Assembly (NCBI RefSeq): GCF_001677475.2
Contig: NZ_CP015229.1
Reading direction: 5' to 3' (one strand)
Length of the DNA stretch: 64,000 nt
From: Escherichia coli
Lineage (GTDB): Bacteria; Pseudomonadota; Gammaproteobacteria; Enterobacterales; Enterobacteriaceae
This document shows, one piece after another, positions 51,380-64,000 of the stretch (position 1 is the first letter of the stretch; every line of letters starts with the position of its first letter). The notes beneath the pieces are model-generated. The model did no database searches. It saw only the letters and a list, made by a program, of their open reading frames with translations, and was not told the DNA's origin. The translations under genes and the position numbers were made by a program.

Positions 51380-52816
51380 TCAGCGTTTGTAGCCCCCACC
51401 CAGCGCGCCGGTGAGTTGAATGGAGGCATCCAGCCACTGCCCCTGCAAGAGCAGACCGTTCGCCCGTTCACGCAGCGCCGGGATTCTGGCTTCGCTGACG
51501 CGGGAACCAGCAATGATGCCCGCGTTAAAGCGTGCCTGCGCAAGACCTACCACACGCAAGGCATCGCGCTCAATTTGCGCCTGATGCTGGTTTTTCTCCG
51601 CAAGTGTCTGAACCTGACTGGCTGCCCGCGCCACGTCATTCACCGCTTCAACCACCGCTTTGTTGTAGCTGGCGATAGACAAGTTGCTTTCGGCTTTTGC
51701 GATATCGAGGTTGGCGTTAAGACGACCACTATCGAAAATGGGTAGCGTCAGGCCTGCCGTAACGCCCATTTGCTGCGCGGAATGACGGAACAGATCGCTT
51801 AAGTGCAACGCATCCTGTTGCAGGAAGGCCATCAGGTTGATGTCAGGATAAAATGCCGCTTTTGCCGCATCAATAGTGCTTAACGATGACTCAACGTACC
51901 AGTGCGCCGCCTGCAAATCTGCCCGACGGGCCAGTAAGGAGTACCCCAGTTCATCAGGAAGCTGACTTGCCACTTTCGGCAACACGACCGGATTAAGCTT
52001 CAATACCTTTGTCTGGTGATTTGTAAGTGCGCTTAACCGTGCCTCAATAATTTTCATTTTCCCCGCGACATCGTTGAGCTGCTGCAGGGTTTTGCTGGCA
52101 TTAATATCGGTTTCCACACCTTCAACTGAAGAAGTAATCCCGTTCTGATATAGCTGGCGATCGGTGGCGATAATGGTGTTCTGCTCTTTTTCGATTTGCT
52201 GTAAGACAGTGTTTAACGCCGCCTGGGTTTGCCACTCCCAGTACAGGCGGGCTACGCTGCCAGCCAGCAATTGGCGGGTTTGCTCGCGTTCCGCCGCTCG
52301 TGCTTTAACCGTACCCAGGCGAGCAGTTACCTCCGCCCGATTCTTTCCCCAGATATCAAGATGCCAGCCCGCCGTTAAGCCAAAAGTACCGTTGGTGTAC
52401 CACGGACCGGTCGTACCTGCGGCAGGATCGTTCAGAGCAAACGGCCCCATTAACCCTTCTGCAGACATTTTTTGCCGCTCCATATCCGCAGAAAAGTCGA
52501 TCTGCGGACCATCCTGAGTGGCAACTGCCTTCGCCTGGGCTTCAGCCAGCTGAATGCGCTGTTCAGCCACCTGCATATCCGGTGCGTTCTGTAGTGCGTT
52601 ATTAATTAAGGAAGTGAGTTGATTATCGTGATACTCCAGCCACCATTGGCTGTCTGGCCAACCATTTTTCAGCGCCGTGGGTAATGCGGTGTCAACTTGT
52701 GCAGCGGGCGTTTGCTGGCTTAACGCCTGGCGGGTTTCATGCATAGGCGCACACCCGGCCAGCATCAGTAACAGCGGAAAACAGGCGATGGCTGGATAAA
52801 AGGAATCACGATTCAT
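51380..52816 (-). CDS. mdtQ: outer-membrane efflux channel (OprM/NodT family lipoprotein), intact
   Basis: 478-aa product from Met 52816 with lipobox LLMLAGC; uninterrupted here (I recall the K-12 copy as a pseudogene). Confidence 0.8.
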   Translation of the reverse strand: MNRDSFYPAIACFPLLLMLAGCAPMHETRQALSQQTPAAQVDTALPTALKNGWPDSQWWLEYHDNQLTSLINNALQNAPDMQVAEQRIQLAEAQAKAVATQDGPQIDFSADMERQKMSAEGLMGPFALNDPAAGTTGPWYTNGTFGLTAGWHLDIWGKNRAEVTARLGTVKARAAEREQTRQLLAGSVARLYWEWQTQAALNTVLQQIEKEQNTIIATDRQLYQNGITSSVEGVETDINASKTLQQLNDVAGKMKIIEARLSALTNHQTKVLKLNPVVLPKVASQLPDELGYSLLARRADLQAAHWYVESSLSTIDAAKAAFYPDINLMAFLQQDALHLSDLFRHSAQQMGVTAGLTLPIFDSGRLNANLDIAKAESNLSIASYNKAVVEAVNDVARAASQVQTLAEKNQHQAQIERDALRVVGLAQARFNAGIIAGSRVSEARIPALRERANGLLLQGQWLDASIQLTGALGGGYKR

Positions 52817-53039
52817 GGGGGAATAATCAGGTAAGAAAAGGTGCGCGGAGATTACCGTGTGTTGCGATATATTTTTTAGTTTCGCGTGGCAATACATCAG
52901 TGGCAATAAAACGACATATCCAGAAAAATATACACTAAGTGAATGATATCTTCCGATTTATCTTAATAGTTTATGGATAACGGCAAAGGGCTTCGTTTTT
53001 TCCTATACTTATTCAGCACTCACAAATAAAGGAACGCCA

Positions 53040-53123
53040 ATGAAAATTATACTCTGGGCTGTATTGATTATTTTCCTGATTGGGCTACTGGTGGTGACTG
53101 GCGTATTTAAGATGATATTTTAA
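53040..53123 (+). CDS. yohP: 27-aa small membrane protein
   Basis: ATG 53040; translation MKIILWAVLIIFLIGLLVVTGVFKMIF; not in supplied ORF track because it is under 60 aa. Confidence 0.7.
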   Translation: MKIILWAVLIIFLIGLLVVTGVFKMIF

Positions 53124-53149
53124 AATTAATTAATGTCATCAGATCCGAA

Positions 53150-54800
53150 AATAACGAGAATATTTCAGTCTCTCATCCTGTTGCGCTCCTGTCATGTGCA
53201 TTGCTTCATATAATCACTGGCGCAAGGAACGCGCAGGGGGCGGCCAATCGCCGCCGCCCCCTGCACCCCCGGGCTCTGGCGAACAAAATCGCCGCTGCGC
53301 GGTGCCCTCGGCTTATCCCTTGCGGCTACCGGGTCGGGCGCGAGGTAACATATATGGACGCTCCCGGAATGCAATGCTTTCTTCAGTTATGTAATAAAAC
53401 GGGTAGGTGCAGCCATATATCCGGTTTCTGATGGGATTTTTATCCCGAACCATGATGAAATCCGCCAGGCAGGTACCAATCATCCTCTGCGGGCTAACTT
53501 GCCCTTGTTACCTCTCGGTGTATCCTGCCTGCGGTCTTACCTGTTTTGCCATCTTCTGAAGTCACCTGCACCTACCAGGACGTTAACTTTTTTTCAGCAC
53601 CTCGTCAGATTGACTGACCTTGTGTCAGGCGAGCTGCCGAGGTTGATATTCAGTATTGTGTGACAATATTGACCACATGATCCTCGCTGTTTTTGCCGCC
53701 ATGGCGACAACAGCTACATTGTAGTGCTTCCGCTCAAGGAGTCCCTGAAGCCAGGAATTCTCCTCAACCGCGCCGTTTCGGTTGACCCAGGCGGTAAGTG
53801 CGCGTGCGCCGTGAACCAGCAGGTATCGGAAATATCCATCTCCACGTTTGCTGATCCCTCCCAGTTGTGTTTCCCGCCGCTGGAATGTTCCTTTGGTGTC
53901 AGCCCCAGCCATGAAGCGAACTGCTTTGCGGTACTGAATTGTCGGGCATTACCCACTGCTGCTACCACATAAGTGGCCGTTAGCATGCCAACCCCCGGGA
54001 TCTTGGCCATTCTCTGGCAGGCTTCCTGCGTTCTATACCAGGAGGCCAGAGCTTCTTCTACCTGTTTAACTTGTTCTTCAAGTTCCCGGATATGTTTAGA
54101 CTGTCTGTAGATGCTGGTTCTGACAAAGGGAGATAAACCATTTTCGCCATCCTCCAGAATGGCTGGCAGCTCACGGGTTAAATGGTTTTGTCCGGCCGCA
54201 ATCGTAATACCAAACTCAGCAAGTGTGGCTCTTAAACTATTGGCACAGGCAATCCGCTCACGGATAAGTATTCCCCGTTCAGTGTGTAACGCTAAAACGG
54301 CCTGCTGCTCTTCGGTTTTTATCTGAACAAAACGCATATTCGGACGGGTTACCGCTTCGCAGATTGCTTCAGCATCTGCTGCATCCGTCTTGTTCGTTTT
54401 CACATAAGGCTTCACATACTGCGGAGGTATGAGTTTTACCTCATGACCATAGCGGGTGAATAATCGCGCAAAATAATGACTGGATGAGCAGGCTTCCATG
54501 CCAATCAGACAAGGTTCCAGTTGAATCACAAACTGAACAAACTTAGCCCGGGTGAGCTTTTTACGCAAAATAGTATGGCCTTCATGATCGACACCATGAA
54601 GCTGAAAAACGTTCTTTGCCAGGTCGATACCAAGAGTTGATACTTTCATGTGGACGCTCCTAATTTTTCAGGACGTATTGCAACGATCCAGTCTGGTACT
54701 TTGATACCGTAAAATCTGGAGCGTCCATCTCATTATCCCTGTAAAACGCGCCCTCAGCCCACATCCATGTGGGCTGCCCCGGCCTCCAGGGAACGCCTCG
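53150..54800 (-). mobile_element. IS110-family insertion sequence (boundaries approximate)
   Basis: Contains DEDD-type IS110-family recombinase reading frame (53625-54649) flanked by ~120 bp upstream and ~450 bp GC-rich structured sequence downstream; as far as I recall, not present at this position in K-12. Confidence 0.6.
53625..54649 (-). pseudogene. IS110-family transposase/recombinase with frameshift
   Basis: N-terminal 311-aa ORF (53714-54649) carries conserved ...GLTPKEHSSGGK then goes out of frame; C-terminal motifs (LGGISKRGDGYFRYLLVHGA...) continue in the overlapping ORF 53625-53912; frameshift near 53867. Confidence 0.7.
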
Positions 54801-54879
54801 GCGATTTTGGCGCCACCAAACAACCGTGCGGCCTATTGATAAAGAGTTAACACATTGTCAAAAAACATCACTATGGTTT

Positions 54880-55827
54880 TTAGAGTTTCTCGATATCAAT
54901 TACCTGAATAGCCCTTGCAATATCAGGGGAATTATTCAACACCCGAACATGCTGAAATAATTCCGTTGCTTCATCGTATTCTTTACGCAAATAACTCAAC
55001 CACTGTTTAATCCGCGCAACGTGATATAACCCGGTATCGCCCTGCTTTTCCAGACGGGTATATTTTTGCAGCAAAGCAACCACCTCCGGCCACGGCATTC
55101 GCGGTTCGTTATATTTTACCACCCGGCTCAGGTTGGGAATATTGAGTGCCCCGCGACCAATCATCACTGCGTCACAGCCGCTGATCGCCATGCATTGTTG
55201 CGCACTCTGCCAGTCCCAGATTTCACCGTTGGCAATCACCGGAATATTCAGCCGCTGGCGAATCTCGCCAATCGCCTGCCAGTCAATATGCTCCGCGCGG
55301 TAACCCTGCTCTTTTGTCCGCCCATGTACTACCAGCTCCGTAGCGCCAGCCTGTTGCACCGCATCGGCGATTTCAAATTTCTTCTCACCGCTGTCCCAGC
55401 CCAGACGCACTTTTACGCTGACGGGCAAATGCGCTGGTACAGCTTCACGCATCGCTTTGGCACCCTGGTAGATGAGTTCAGGATCTTTGAGTAACGTCGC
55501 GCCGCCGCCGCTACCGTTAACCGTTTTCGACGGGCAGCCGCAATTGAGATCCACGCCCCAGGAACCTAACTCCACCGCACGGGCGGCGTTCTCTGCCAGC
55601 CATTGAGGGAACTGACCTAACAACTGCACGCGCACTAGCGTACCGGAAGGTGTCCGGCTGGCGTTTTGTAGCTCAGGGCAAATGCGATGAAAGACTTTTA
55701 CCGGCAGCAGTTGATCCACCACGCGGACAAACTCGGTGATGCACAGATCGTAGTCGTTAACTTCGGTCAGCAATTCACGCACCAGAGAGTCGAGTACACC
55801 CTCCATCGGTGCCAGTAACACACGCAT
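54880..55827 (-). CDS. dusC: tRNA-dihydrouridine synthase C
   Basis: 315-aa product from Met 55827; DUS-family TIM-barrel motifs. Confidence 0.93.
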   Translation of the reverse strand: MRVLLAPMEGVLDSLVRELLTEVNDYDLCITEFVRVVDQLLPVKVFHRICPELQNASRTPSGTLVRVQLLGQFPQWLAENAARAVELGSWGVDLNCGCPSKTVNGSGGGATLLKDPELIYQGAKAMREAVPAHLPVSVKVRLGWDSGEKKFEIADAVQQAGATELVVHGRTKEQGYRAEHIDWQAIGEIRQRLNIPVIANGEIWDWQSAQQCMAISGCDAVMIGRGALNIPNLSRVVKYNEPRMPWPEVVALLQKYTRLEKQGDTGLYHVARIKQWLSYLRKEYDEATELFQHVRVLNNSPDIARAIQVIDIEKL

Positions 55828-56029
55828 ATCATCACCCGCAAAAAAATGAGGCGCTATGTTAGCGCCTATGGTCAGCGGATTAAAGGTCTGCAAAGAGGGA
55901 TTGCTGCAAACTGCATTCCCTCTCTATGCTTGATGTATGCCTGAGTTCGCTGCTCATTGCGTAATGCCCGGGAGCGAAAAAATAAGCGCTGATTTCTTAA
56001 TGTGATCGGTAGCACGTTTTACGAATTAA

Positions 56030-57156
<1,127 letters not shown>

Positions 57157-57158
57157 AA

Positions 57159-57230
57159 TTTGCGATGCGTCGCGCATTTTTGATGTAAGTTTCACGCGTT
57201 GCATAATTAATGAGATTCAGATCACATATA
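57159..57230 (+). promoter_or_regulatory. cdd promoter region with CRP-like sites
   Basis: TGCGATGCGTCGCGCA and TGATGTAAGTTTCACG resemble CRP half-site dyads (TGTGA-N6-TCACA) upstream of cdd, consistent with known CRP/CytR control. Confidence 0.5.
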
Positions 57231-57285
57231 AAGCCATAACGGGTTCGTAAACTGTTATCCCATTACATGATTATGAGGCAACGCC

Positions 57286-59281
<1,996 letters not shown>

Positions 59282-59439
59282 TATTTTCTCTTTTCTGTTA
59301 ATTATTGAGAATAATTATTACTTCACTCAATAAGCTGCGGATATAACATTCTGAACCGCAGCTATTTGTGAATCCTTTCACAGTTTAAATTTCCCCACAT
59401 GCTTAGCCTTAATATCAGCACGCAATATTTATACTCTAA

Positions 59440-59560
59440 ATAATTCGAGTTGCAGGAAGGCGACAAGTGAGTGAGTCCCCAGGAGCTTACATAAGTAAGT
59501 GACTGGGGTGAGCGAACGCAGACGCAGCACATGCAACTTGAAGTATGACGAGTATATTTA
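59440..59560. repeat. ERIC (IRU) element
   Basis: Core GAGTGAGTCCCCAGGAGCTTACATAAGTAAGTGACTGGGGTGAGCG with flanking imperfect inverted arms (CGAGTTGCAGGAAGG... / ...CTTGAAGTATGACGAG). Confidence 0.8.
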
Positions 59561-59599
59561 GCGTTCGCCTTAATTACTCATAGCATTAAGGAAGATCAC

Positions 59600-60838
59600 A
59601 TGCCGCAACAAAATTATCTGGATGAACTCACTCCGGCTTTTACGCCTTTACTGGCGATTAAAGAAGCCTCTCGCTGCTTATTATGTCATGACGCTCCCTG
59701 TAGTCAGGCTTGCCCGGCACAGACCGATCCGGGGAAATTTATTCGCTCAATCTACTTTCGTAATTTTAAAGGCGCTGCCGAGACAATTCGTGAAAATAAT
59801 GCCCTCGGTGCCGTTTGTGCCAGAGTGTGCCCGACGGAGAAATTATGCCAAAGCGGTTGTACCCGTGCCGGTGTTGATACTCCCATTGATATCGGTCGCT
59901 TACAGCGTTTTGTTACTGATTTTGAACAACAAACTGGGATGGAAATTTATCAGCCCGGTACTAAAACGCTCGGCAAAGTCGCCATTATTGGCGCGGGTCC
60001 TGCCGGATTGCAGGCCAGTGTGACACTGACAAACCAGGGTTATGACGTCACGATCTATGAGAAAGAAGCACAACCCGGTGGCTGGTTGCGTAACGGCATT
60101 CCGCAATTCCGGTTACCGCAATCAGTACTGGATGCAGAAATCGCCCGTATTGAAAAAATGGGCGTGACCATTAAGTGCAATAACGAAATCGGTAAAACAC
60201 TCACCCTGGAGCAGCTGAAAGCGGAAAACCGCGCGGTACTGGTCACTGTGGGGTTATCGAGCGGTTCGGGGCTACCACTGTTTGAGCATAGCGACGTTGA
60301 GATTGCCGTCGACTTCTTGCAACGTGCACAACAGGCGCAAGGCGATATCAGCATTCCACAAAGCGCATTAATTATCGGCGGCGGTGATGTCGCGATGGAC
60401 GTAGCCAGCACGCTGAAAGTTCTCGGCTGTCAGGCAGTAACTTGCGTAGCGCGTGAAGAGTTAGATGAGTTTCCGGCAAGCGAAAAAGAGTTTGCCAGCG
60501 CCCGGGAGCTGGGCGTTTCGATCATTGATGGATTCACGCCAGTAGCCGTGGAAGGCAATAAAGTCACGTTTAAGCATGTACGGTTACCGGGCGAACTGAC
60601 GATGGCGGCAGATAAAATTATTCTCGCCGTCGGTCAGCATGCCAGACTGGATGCCTTTGCGGAGTTAGAGCCACAGCGTAACACCATCAATACACAAAAT
60701 TACCAGACCCGCGATCCGCAAGTCTTTGCTGCTGGCGATATTGTTGAGGGGGACAAAACCGTGGTCTATGCCGTGAAAACCGGGAAAGAAGCCGCCGAGG
60801 CGATTCATCACTATTTAGAGGGAGCTTGCTCATGTTAA
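59600..60838 (+). CDS. preT: NAD-dependent dihydropyrimidine dehydrogenase subunit PreT
   Basis: 412-aa; Fe-S cysteine clusters and FAD/NAD Rossmann motif (IIGAGPAG). Confidence 0.93.
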   Translation: MPQQNYLDELTPAFTPLLAIKEASRCLLCHDAPCSQACPAQTDPGKFIRSIYFRNFKGAAETIRENNALGAVCARVCPTEKLCQSGCTRAGVDTPIDIGRLQRFVTDFEQQTGMEIYQPGTKTLGKVAIIGAGPAGLQASVTLTNQGYDVTIYEKEAQPGGWLRNGIPQFRLPQSVLDAEIARIEKMGVTIKCNNEIGKTLTLEQLKAENRAVLVTVGLSSGSGLPLFEHSDVEIAVDFLQRAQQAQGDISIPQSALIIGGGDVAMDVASTLKVLGCQAVTCVAREELDEFPASEKEFASARELGVSIIDGFTPVAVEGNKVTFKHVRLPGELTMAADKIILAVGQHARLDAFAELEPQRNTINTQNYQTRDPQVFAAGDIVEGDKTVVYAVKTGKEAAEAIHHYLEGACSC

Positions 60839-62067
60839 CGAAAGATCTTTCGATTACTTTTTGCGGCGTGAAGTTTCCCAACCCGTTCTGCCTCTCTTCT
60901 TCGCCGGTAGGCAACTGCTATGAGATGTGTGCCAAAGCCTACGACACTGGCTGGGGCGGCGTGGTGTTTAAAACGATCGGCTTTTTTATCGCCAACGAAG
61001 TCTCGCCGCGTTTTGATCATCTGATGAAAGAAGATACCGGTTTTATCGGCTTCAAAAATATGGAGCAGATTGCCGAGCATCCGCTGGAGGAGAATCTGGC
61101 CGCCCTGCGTCGGCTGAAAGAAGATTACCCGGACAAAGTATTGATAGCTTCAATCATGGGCGAAAATGAGCAGCAGTGGGAAGAGCTGGCGCGTCTGGTG
61201 CAAGAAGCTGGCGCCGATATGATCGAGTGTAACTTCTCCTGTCCGCAAATGACATCTCATGCGATGGGTAGCGATGTCGGGCAAAGCCCGGAGCTGGTAG
61301 AAAAATATTGTCGGGCAGTAAAACGTGGTTCCACGCTGCCAATGCTGGCGAAGATGACGCCGAATATCGGTGATATGTGCGAAGTGGCGCTGGCGGCGAA
61401 GCGCGGCGGCGCAGATGGCATTGCGGCGATTAACACCGTTAAATCCATCACCAATATCGATCTTAATCAGAAAATCGGTATGCCGATCGTTAACGGTAAA
61501 TCGAGTATTTCCGGATATTCCGGTAAAGCGGTAAAACCGATCGCCCTGCGCTTCATTCAGCAAATGCGCACCCATCCAGAGCTGCGCGATTTCCCGATCA
61601 GCGGTATCGGCGGCATTGAAACCTGGGAGGATGCGGCGGAGTTTTTATTGCTCGGCGCAGCGACGTTGCAGGTGACCACCGGCATCATGCAGTACGGGTA
61701 TCGGATAGTGGAAGATATGGCGAGCGGGTTGTCGCATTATCTTGCCGATCAGGGATTTGATTCGTTGCAGGAGATGGTAGGTCTGGCGAATAACAATATT
61801 GTCCCGGCGGAAGATTTAGACCGCAGTTATATTGTCTATCCCCATATCAATCTCGATAAATGTGTTGGCTGTGGACGCTGTTATATTTCCTGTTACGACG
61901 GCGGTCACCAGGCGATGGAATGGAGTGAGAAAACCCGTACACCGCATTGTAATACCGAGAAATGTGTTGGTTGCCTGCTTTGTGGACACGTCTGCCCGGT
62001 GGGTTGTATTGATCTCGGAGAAGTGAAGTTTAAGAAGGGAGAGAAAGAACACCCGGTAACGTTGTAA
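60832..62067 (+). CDS. preA: NAD-dependent dihydropyrimidine dehydrogenase subunit PreA
   Basis: 411-aa product from Met 60832; DHODH-like TIM barrel and C-terminal 4Fe-4S ferredoxin motifs (CVGCGRC, CVGCLLC); overlaps preT 3' end. Confidence 0.93.
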   Translation: MLTKDLSITFCGVKFPNPFCLSSSPVGNCYEMCAKAYDTGWGGVVFKTIGFFIANEVSPRFDHLMKEDTGFIGFKNMEQIAEHPLEENLAALRRLKEDYPDKVLIASIMGENEQQWEELARLVQEAGADMIECNFSCPQMTSHAMGSDVGQSPELVEKYCRAVKRGSTLPMLAKMTPNIGDMCEVALAAKRGGADGIAAINTVKSITNIDLNQKIGMPIVNGKSSISGYSGKAVKPIALRFIQQMRTHPELRDFPISGIGGIETWEDAAEFLLLGAATLQVTTGIMQYGYRIVEDMASGLSHYLADQGFDSLQEMVGLANNNIVPAEDLDRSYIVYPHINLDKCVGCGRCYISCYDGGHQAMEWSEKTRTPHCNTEKCVGCLLCGHVCPVGCIDLGEVKFKKGEKEHPVTL

Positions 62068-62073
62068 AACCAG

Positions 62074-62122
62074 AGACGCATCCGGCATTTGGCACCGATT
62101 GCCGGATGCAGCGCATCCGGCA
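62074..62122. repeat. REP/BIME element
   Basis: GCATCCGGCATTTGGCACCGATTGCCGGATGCAGCGCATCCGGC between convergent preA and mglC. Confidence 0.7.
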
Positions 62123-62137
62123 ATATCCACAATCACA

Positions 62138-63148
62138 TCACTTCTTACGCGCGTATTTCAGTGAATCCAGCGCTACGGCGAAGATAATAATCGCCCCTTT
62201 GATGATGTACTGCCAGTATGGGTTTACGCCGATATACGTCAGGCCATAGTTGATGACGGTAAAAATAATTACCCCGGTCACCACGCCAATCACCGTCCCT
62301 ACACCACCGCTGAACGATACACCGCCTACCACACACGCCGCGATAGCATCCAGCTCATACATAAAGCCGAGGTTGTTGGTGGCAGAGCCGATACGTCCGG
62401 CTTCTAACATCCCGCCAAAGGCATAGAACACACCAGACAACGCGTAGATCATCAGCAGATTCAGGCCGACGTTGACACCAGATACTTTTGCCGCTTCCGG
62501 GTTACCGCCAATGGCAAAAATGTTCTTACCGAAGCGGGTTTTGTTCCACAACACCCAGACGAACGCCACCGCAATCAACGCGTAGAAGGTGATGTAAGAG
62601 AGACGGAAACTCCCCAGCGCGACAAAGCCCTGAGCAAAGGTAGAGAAGCCACTGTCAAAACCAGAAATTGGCGACGCCCCGACAAAGTCGTAATAGAGCG
62701 AGTTGATGCCATAGACGATGATCATCGTGCCGAGCGTGGTAATGAACGGCGTCACGTTGAGATAGGCGATAATCAGACCGTTGATCAAACCGATCACCGC
62801 ACCAATGGCACAGACAATCAGAATAACCAGCGCAATCGGCATCGTCGCCATTTCCGGGAACACTTTGTTAGCGTTATCCATGGACTGCAATAACGTCGCT
62901 GCCACCACGGCCGCCAGCCCCACCTGGCGACCTGCAGAAAGGTCGGTCCCCTGGGTGACAATTAACCCTGCCACACCGAGCGCGATAATAATACGCACCG
63001 ATGACTGGGTGAGAATATTACTTAAGTTCAACAGACTTAAAAATGTTGGGTCCTGGAAAATAATAATTGCCAGCAAAACTAAAAGAACGACGTAAATACC
63101 GCCCTCTTTCAGGTAAGTAAGAAAACTTTTCTTATTTAACGCACTCAT
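62138..63148 (-). CDS. mglC: galactose/methyl-galactoside ABC transporter permease
   Basis: 336-aa multi-TM permease. Confidence 0.93.
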   Translation of the reverse strand: MSALNKKSFLTYLKEGGIYVVLLVLLAIIIFQDPTFLSLLNLSNILTQSSVRIIIALGVAGLIVTQGTDLSAGRQVGLAAVVAATLLQSMDNANKVFPEMATMPIALVILIVCAIGAVIGLINGLIIAYLNVTPFITTLGTMIIVYGINSLYYDFVGASPISGFDSGFSTFAQGFVALGSFRLSYITFYALIAVAFVWVLWNKTRFGKNIFAIGGNPEAAKVSGVNVGLNLLMIYALSGVFYAFGGMLEAGRIGSATNNLGFMYELDAIAACVVGGVSFSGGVGTVIGVVTGVIIFTVINYGLTYIGVNPYWQYIIKGAIIIFAVALDSLKYARKK

Positions 63149-63163
63149 GGGAAGCCCCTAATC

Positions 63164-64000
63164 TTAAAGGTGCAAAGACGCAAGACGCAGAATTTCGTTT
63201 TGCGTTGTTGTTTTTGTATCGACAATTCCGGAAACGAGACCATTGCTCATAACCAGAATACGGTCTGTTATCCCTAACAACTCAGGCATTTCAGAGGAGA
63301 TAATAATAATCCCTTTGCCTTTCTTCGCCAGCTCGGCAATTAACTGATAGATCTCAAACTTCGCTCCGACATCAATACCGCGCGTCGGTTCATCGAGCAT
63401 TAATATTTCTGGTTGCGTTAGTAGCCAGCGACCAATAATCACCTTTTGCTGATTACCGCCGGAGAGCGAACCAATTTGCGTCCGATGCCCCGGTGTTTTT
63501 ACCCGCATCGAATCAATCACCCACTGGGTATCGCTTTTCATCCGCGAGTTATCCAGTAAACCAACTTTATTTTTGTAGTTGCGAATATTGGAAATTAACG
63601 AGTTAAAACCGATATCCAGATAGGCATAAATTCCCGTTGAGCGGCGCTCTTCAGTTACCAGTGCAAATCCGTGGTTTATGGCTTCGTTGGCATTATGGTT
63701 ATTGATCTTTTTGCCGTGCAACGTAATGGTGCCAGCCGATTTCTCGCGAATACCAAATAACGTCTCAACAATATCGGTACGTTTCGCCCCCACCAGACCG
63801 GCAATACCGAGGATCTCCCCTTTATGCAGATCAAACGAGACATCGCGAATCGACGGCTGGCGCAGCGACGTCAGGTTACGCACTTCAAGAATCACTTCGC
63901 CCGGCTTGTTTTCTTTGTCAGGGAAACGTTGGTTAAGAGAACGCCCAACCATCATGGCGATGATCTTGTCCATCGTCAGCCCTGCCAGCGGTTCGGTAGC
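63164..64000 (-). CDS. mglA: galactose ABC transporter ATP-binding protein (3' portion; gene continues past window end)
   Basis: C-terminal ABC domain (LSGGNQQK signature, Walker B ILMLDEPT); N-terminus lies beyond position 64000. Confidence 0.9.
   Translation of the reverse strand, partial: ATEPLAGLTMDKIIAMMVGRSLNQRFPDKENKPGEVILEVRNLTSLRQPSIRDVSFDLHKGEILGIAGLVGAKRTDIVETLFGIREKSAGTITLHGKKINNHNANEAINHGFALVTEERRSTGIYAYLDIGFNSLISNIRNYKNKVGLLDNSRMKSDTQWVIDSMRVKTPGHRTQIGSLSGGNQQKVIIGRWLLTQPEILMLDEPTRGIDVGAKFEIYQLIAELAKKGKGIIIISSEMPELLGITDRILVMSNGLVSGIVDTKTTTQNEILRLASLHL

Noticed and set aside
53625-54649. Programmed ribosomal frameshift in the IS110-family recombinase
   Set aside because: No slippery heptamer of the X XXY YYZ type in the correct frame at the shift site, and IS110-family elements are not known to use frameshifting; mutation or sequencing error is more likely.

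Overview
This window is an Escherichia coli-type chromosomal segment. From memory it is colinear with the K-12 region yegUVWX / thiMD / rcnRAB / yehABCDE / mrp / metG / molR-yehI / yehKLMPQ / yehRS / btsSR / mlrA / yohO / osmF-yehYXW / bglX / dld / pbpG / yohCDF / mdtQ / yohP / dusC / yohJK / cdd / sanA / yeiS / preTA / mglCA. All calls rest on reading the ORF translations and the raw sequence; no database search was run. Most of the window is core metabolism, but four parts stand out. (1) The best candidate for an uncharacterised multi-component system is at 16.4-35.1 kb: a tandem array of three giant WGR-domain paralogs (conserved ends, hypervariable centre, third copy broken by an in-frame amber codon), then yehK, then the translationally coupled yehLMPQ operon (MoxR-type AAA+ ATPase, a 759-aa unknown protein, a VWA/MIDAS protein, and a protein with two SWIM-type zinc-finger motifs). 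(2) Between yehK and yehL sits a compact type I toxin-antitoxin-like module: a 29-codon hydrophobic ORF with a ~175-nt leader and a divergent ~83-nt sRNA, which I recognise as zorO/orzO-like. (3) An AT-rich cryptic chaperone-usher fimbrial operon (yehABCD plus yehE) lies at 7.3-12.7 kb. (4) An IS110-family insertion with a frameshifted recombinase and a long structured non-coding flank lies between yohP and dusC. Also present are a TPP riboswitch, RcnR operators, REP/ERIC repeats and several intrinsic terminators. I found no rRNA, tRNA or CRISPR array.
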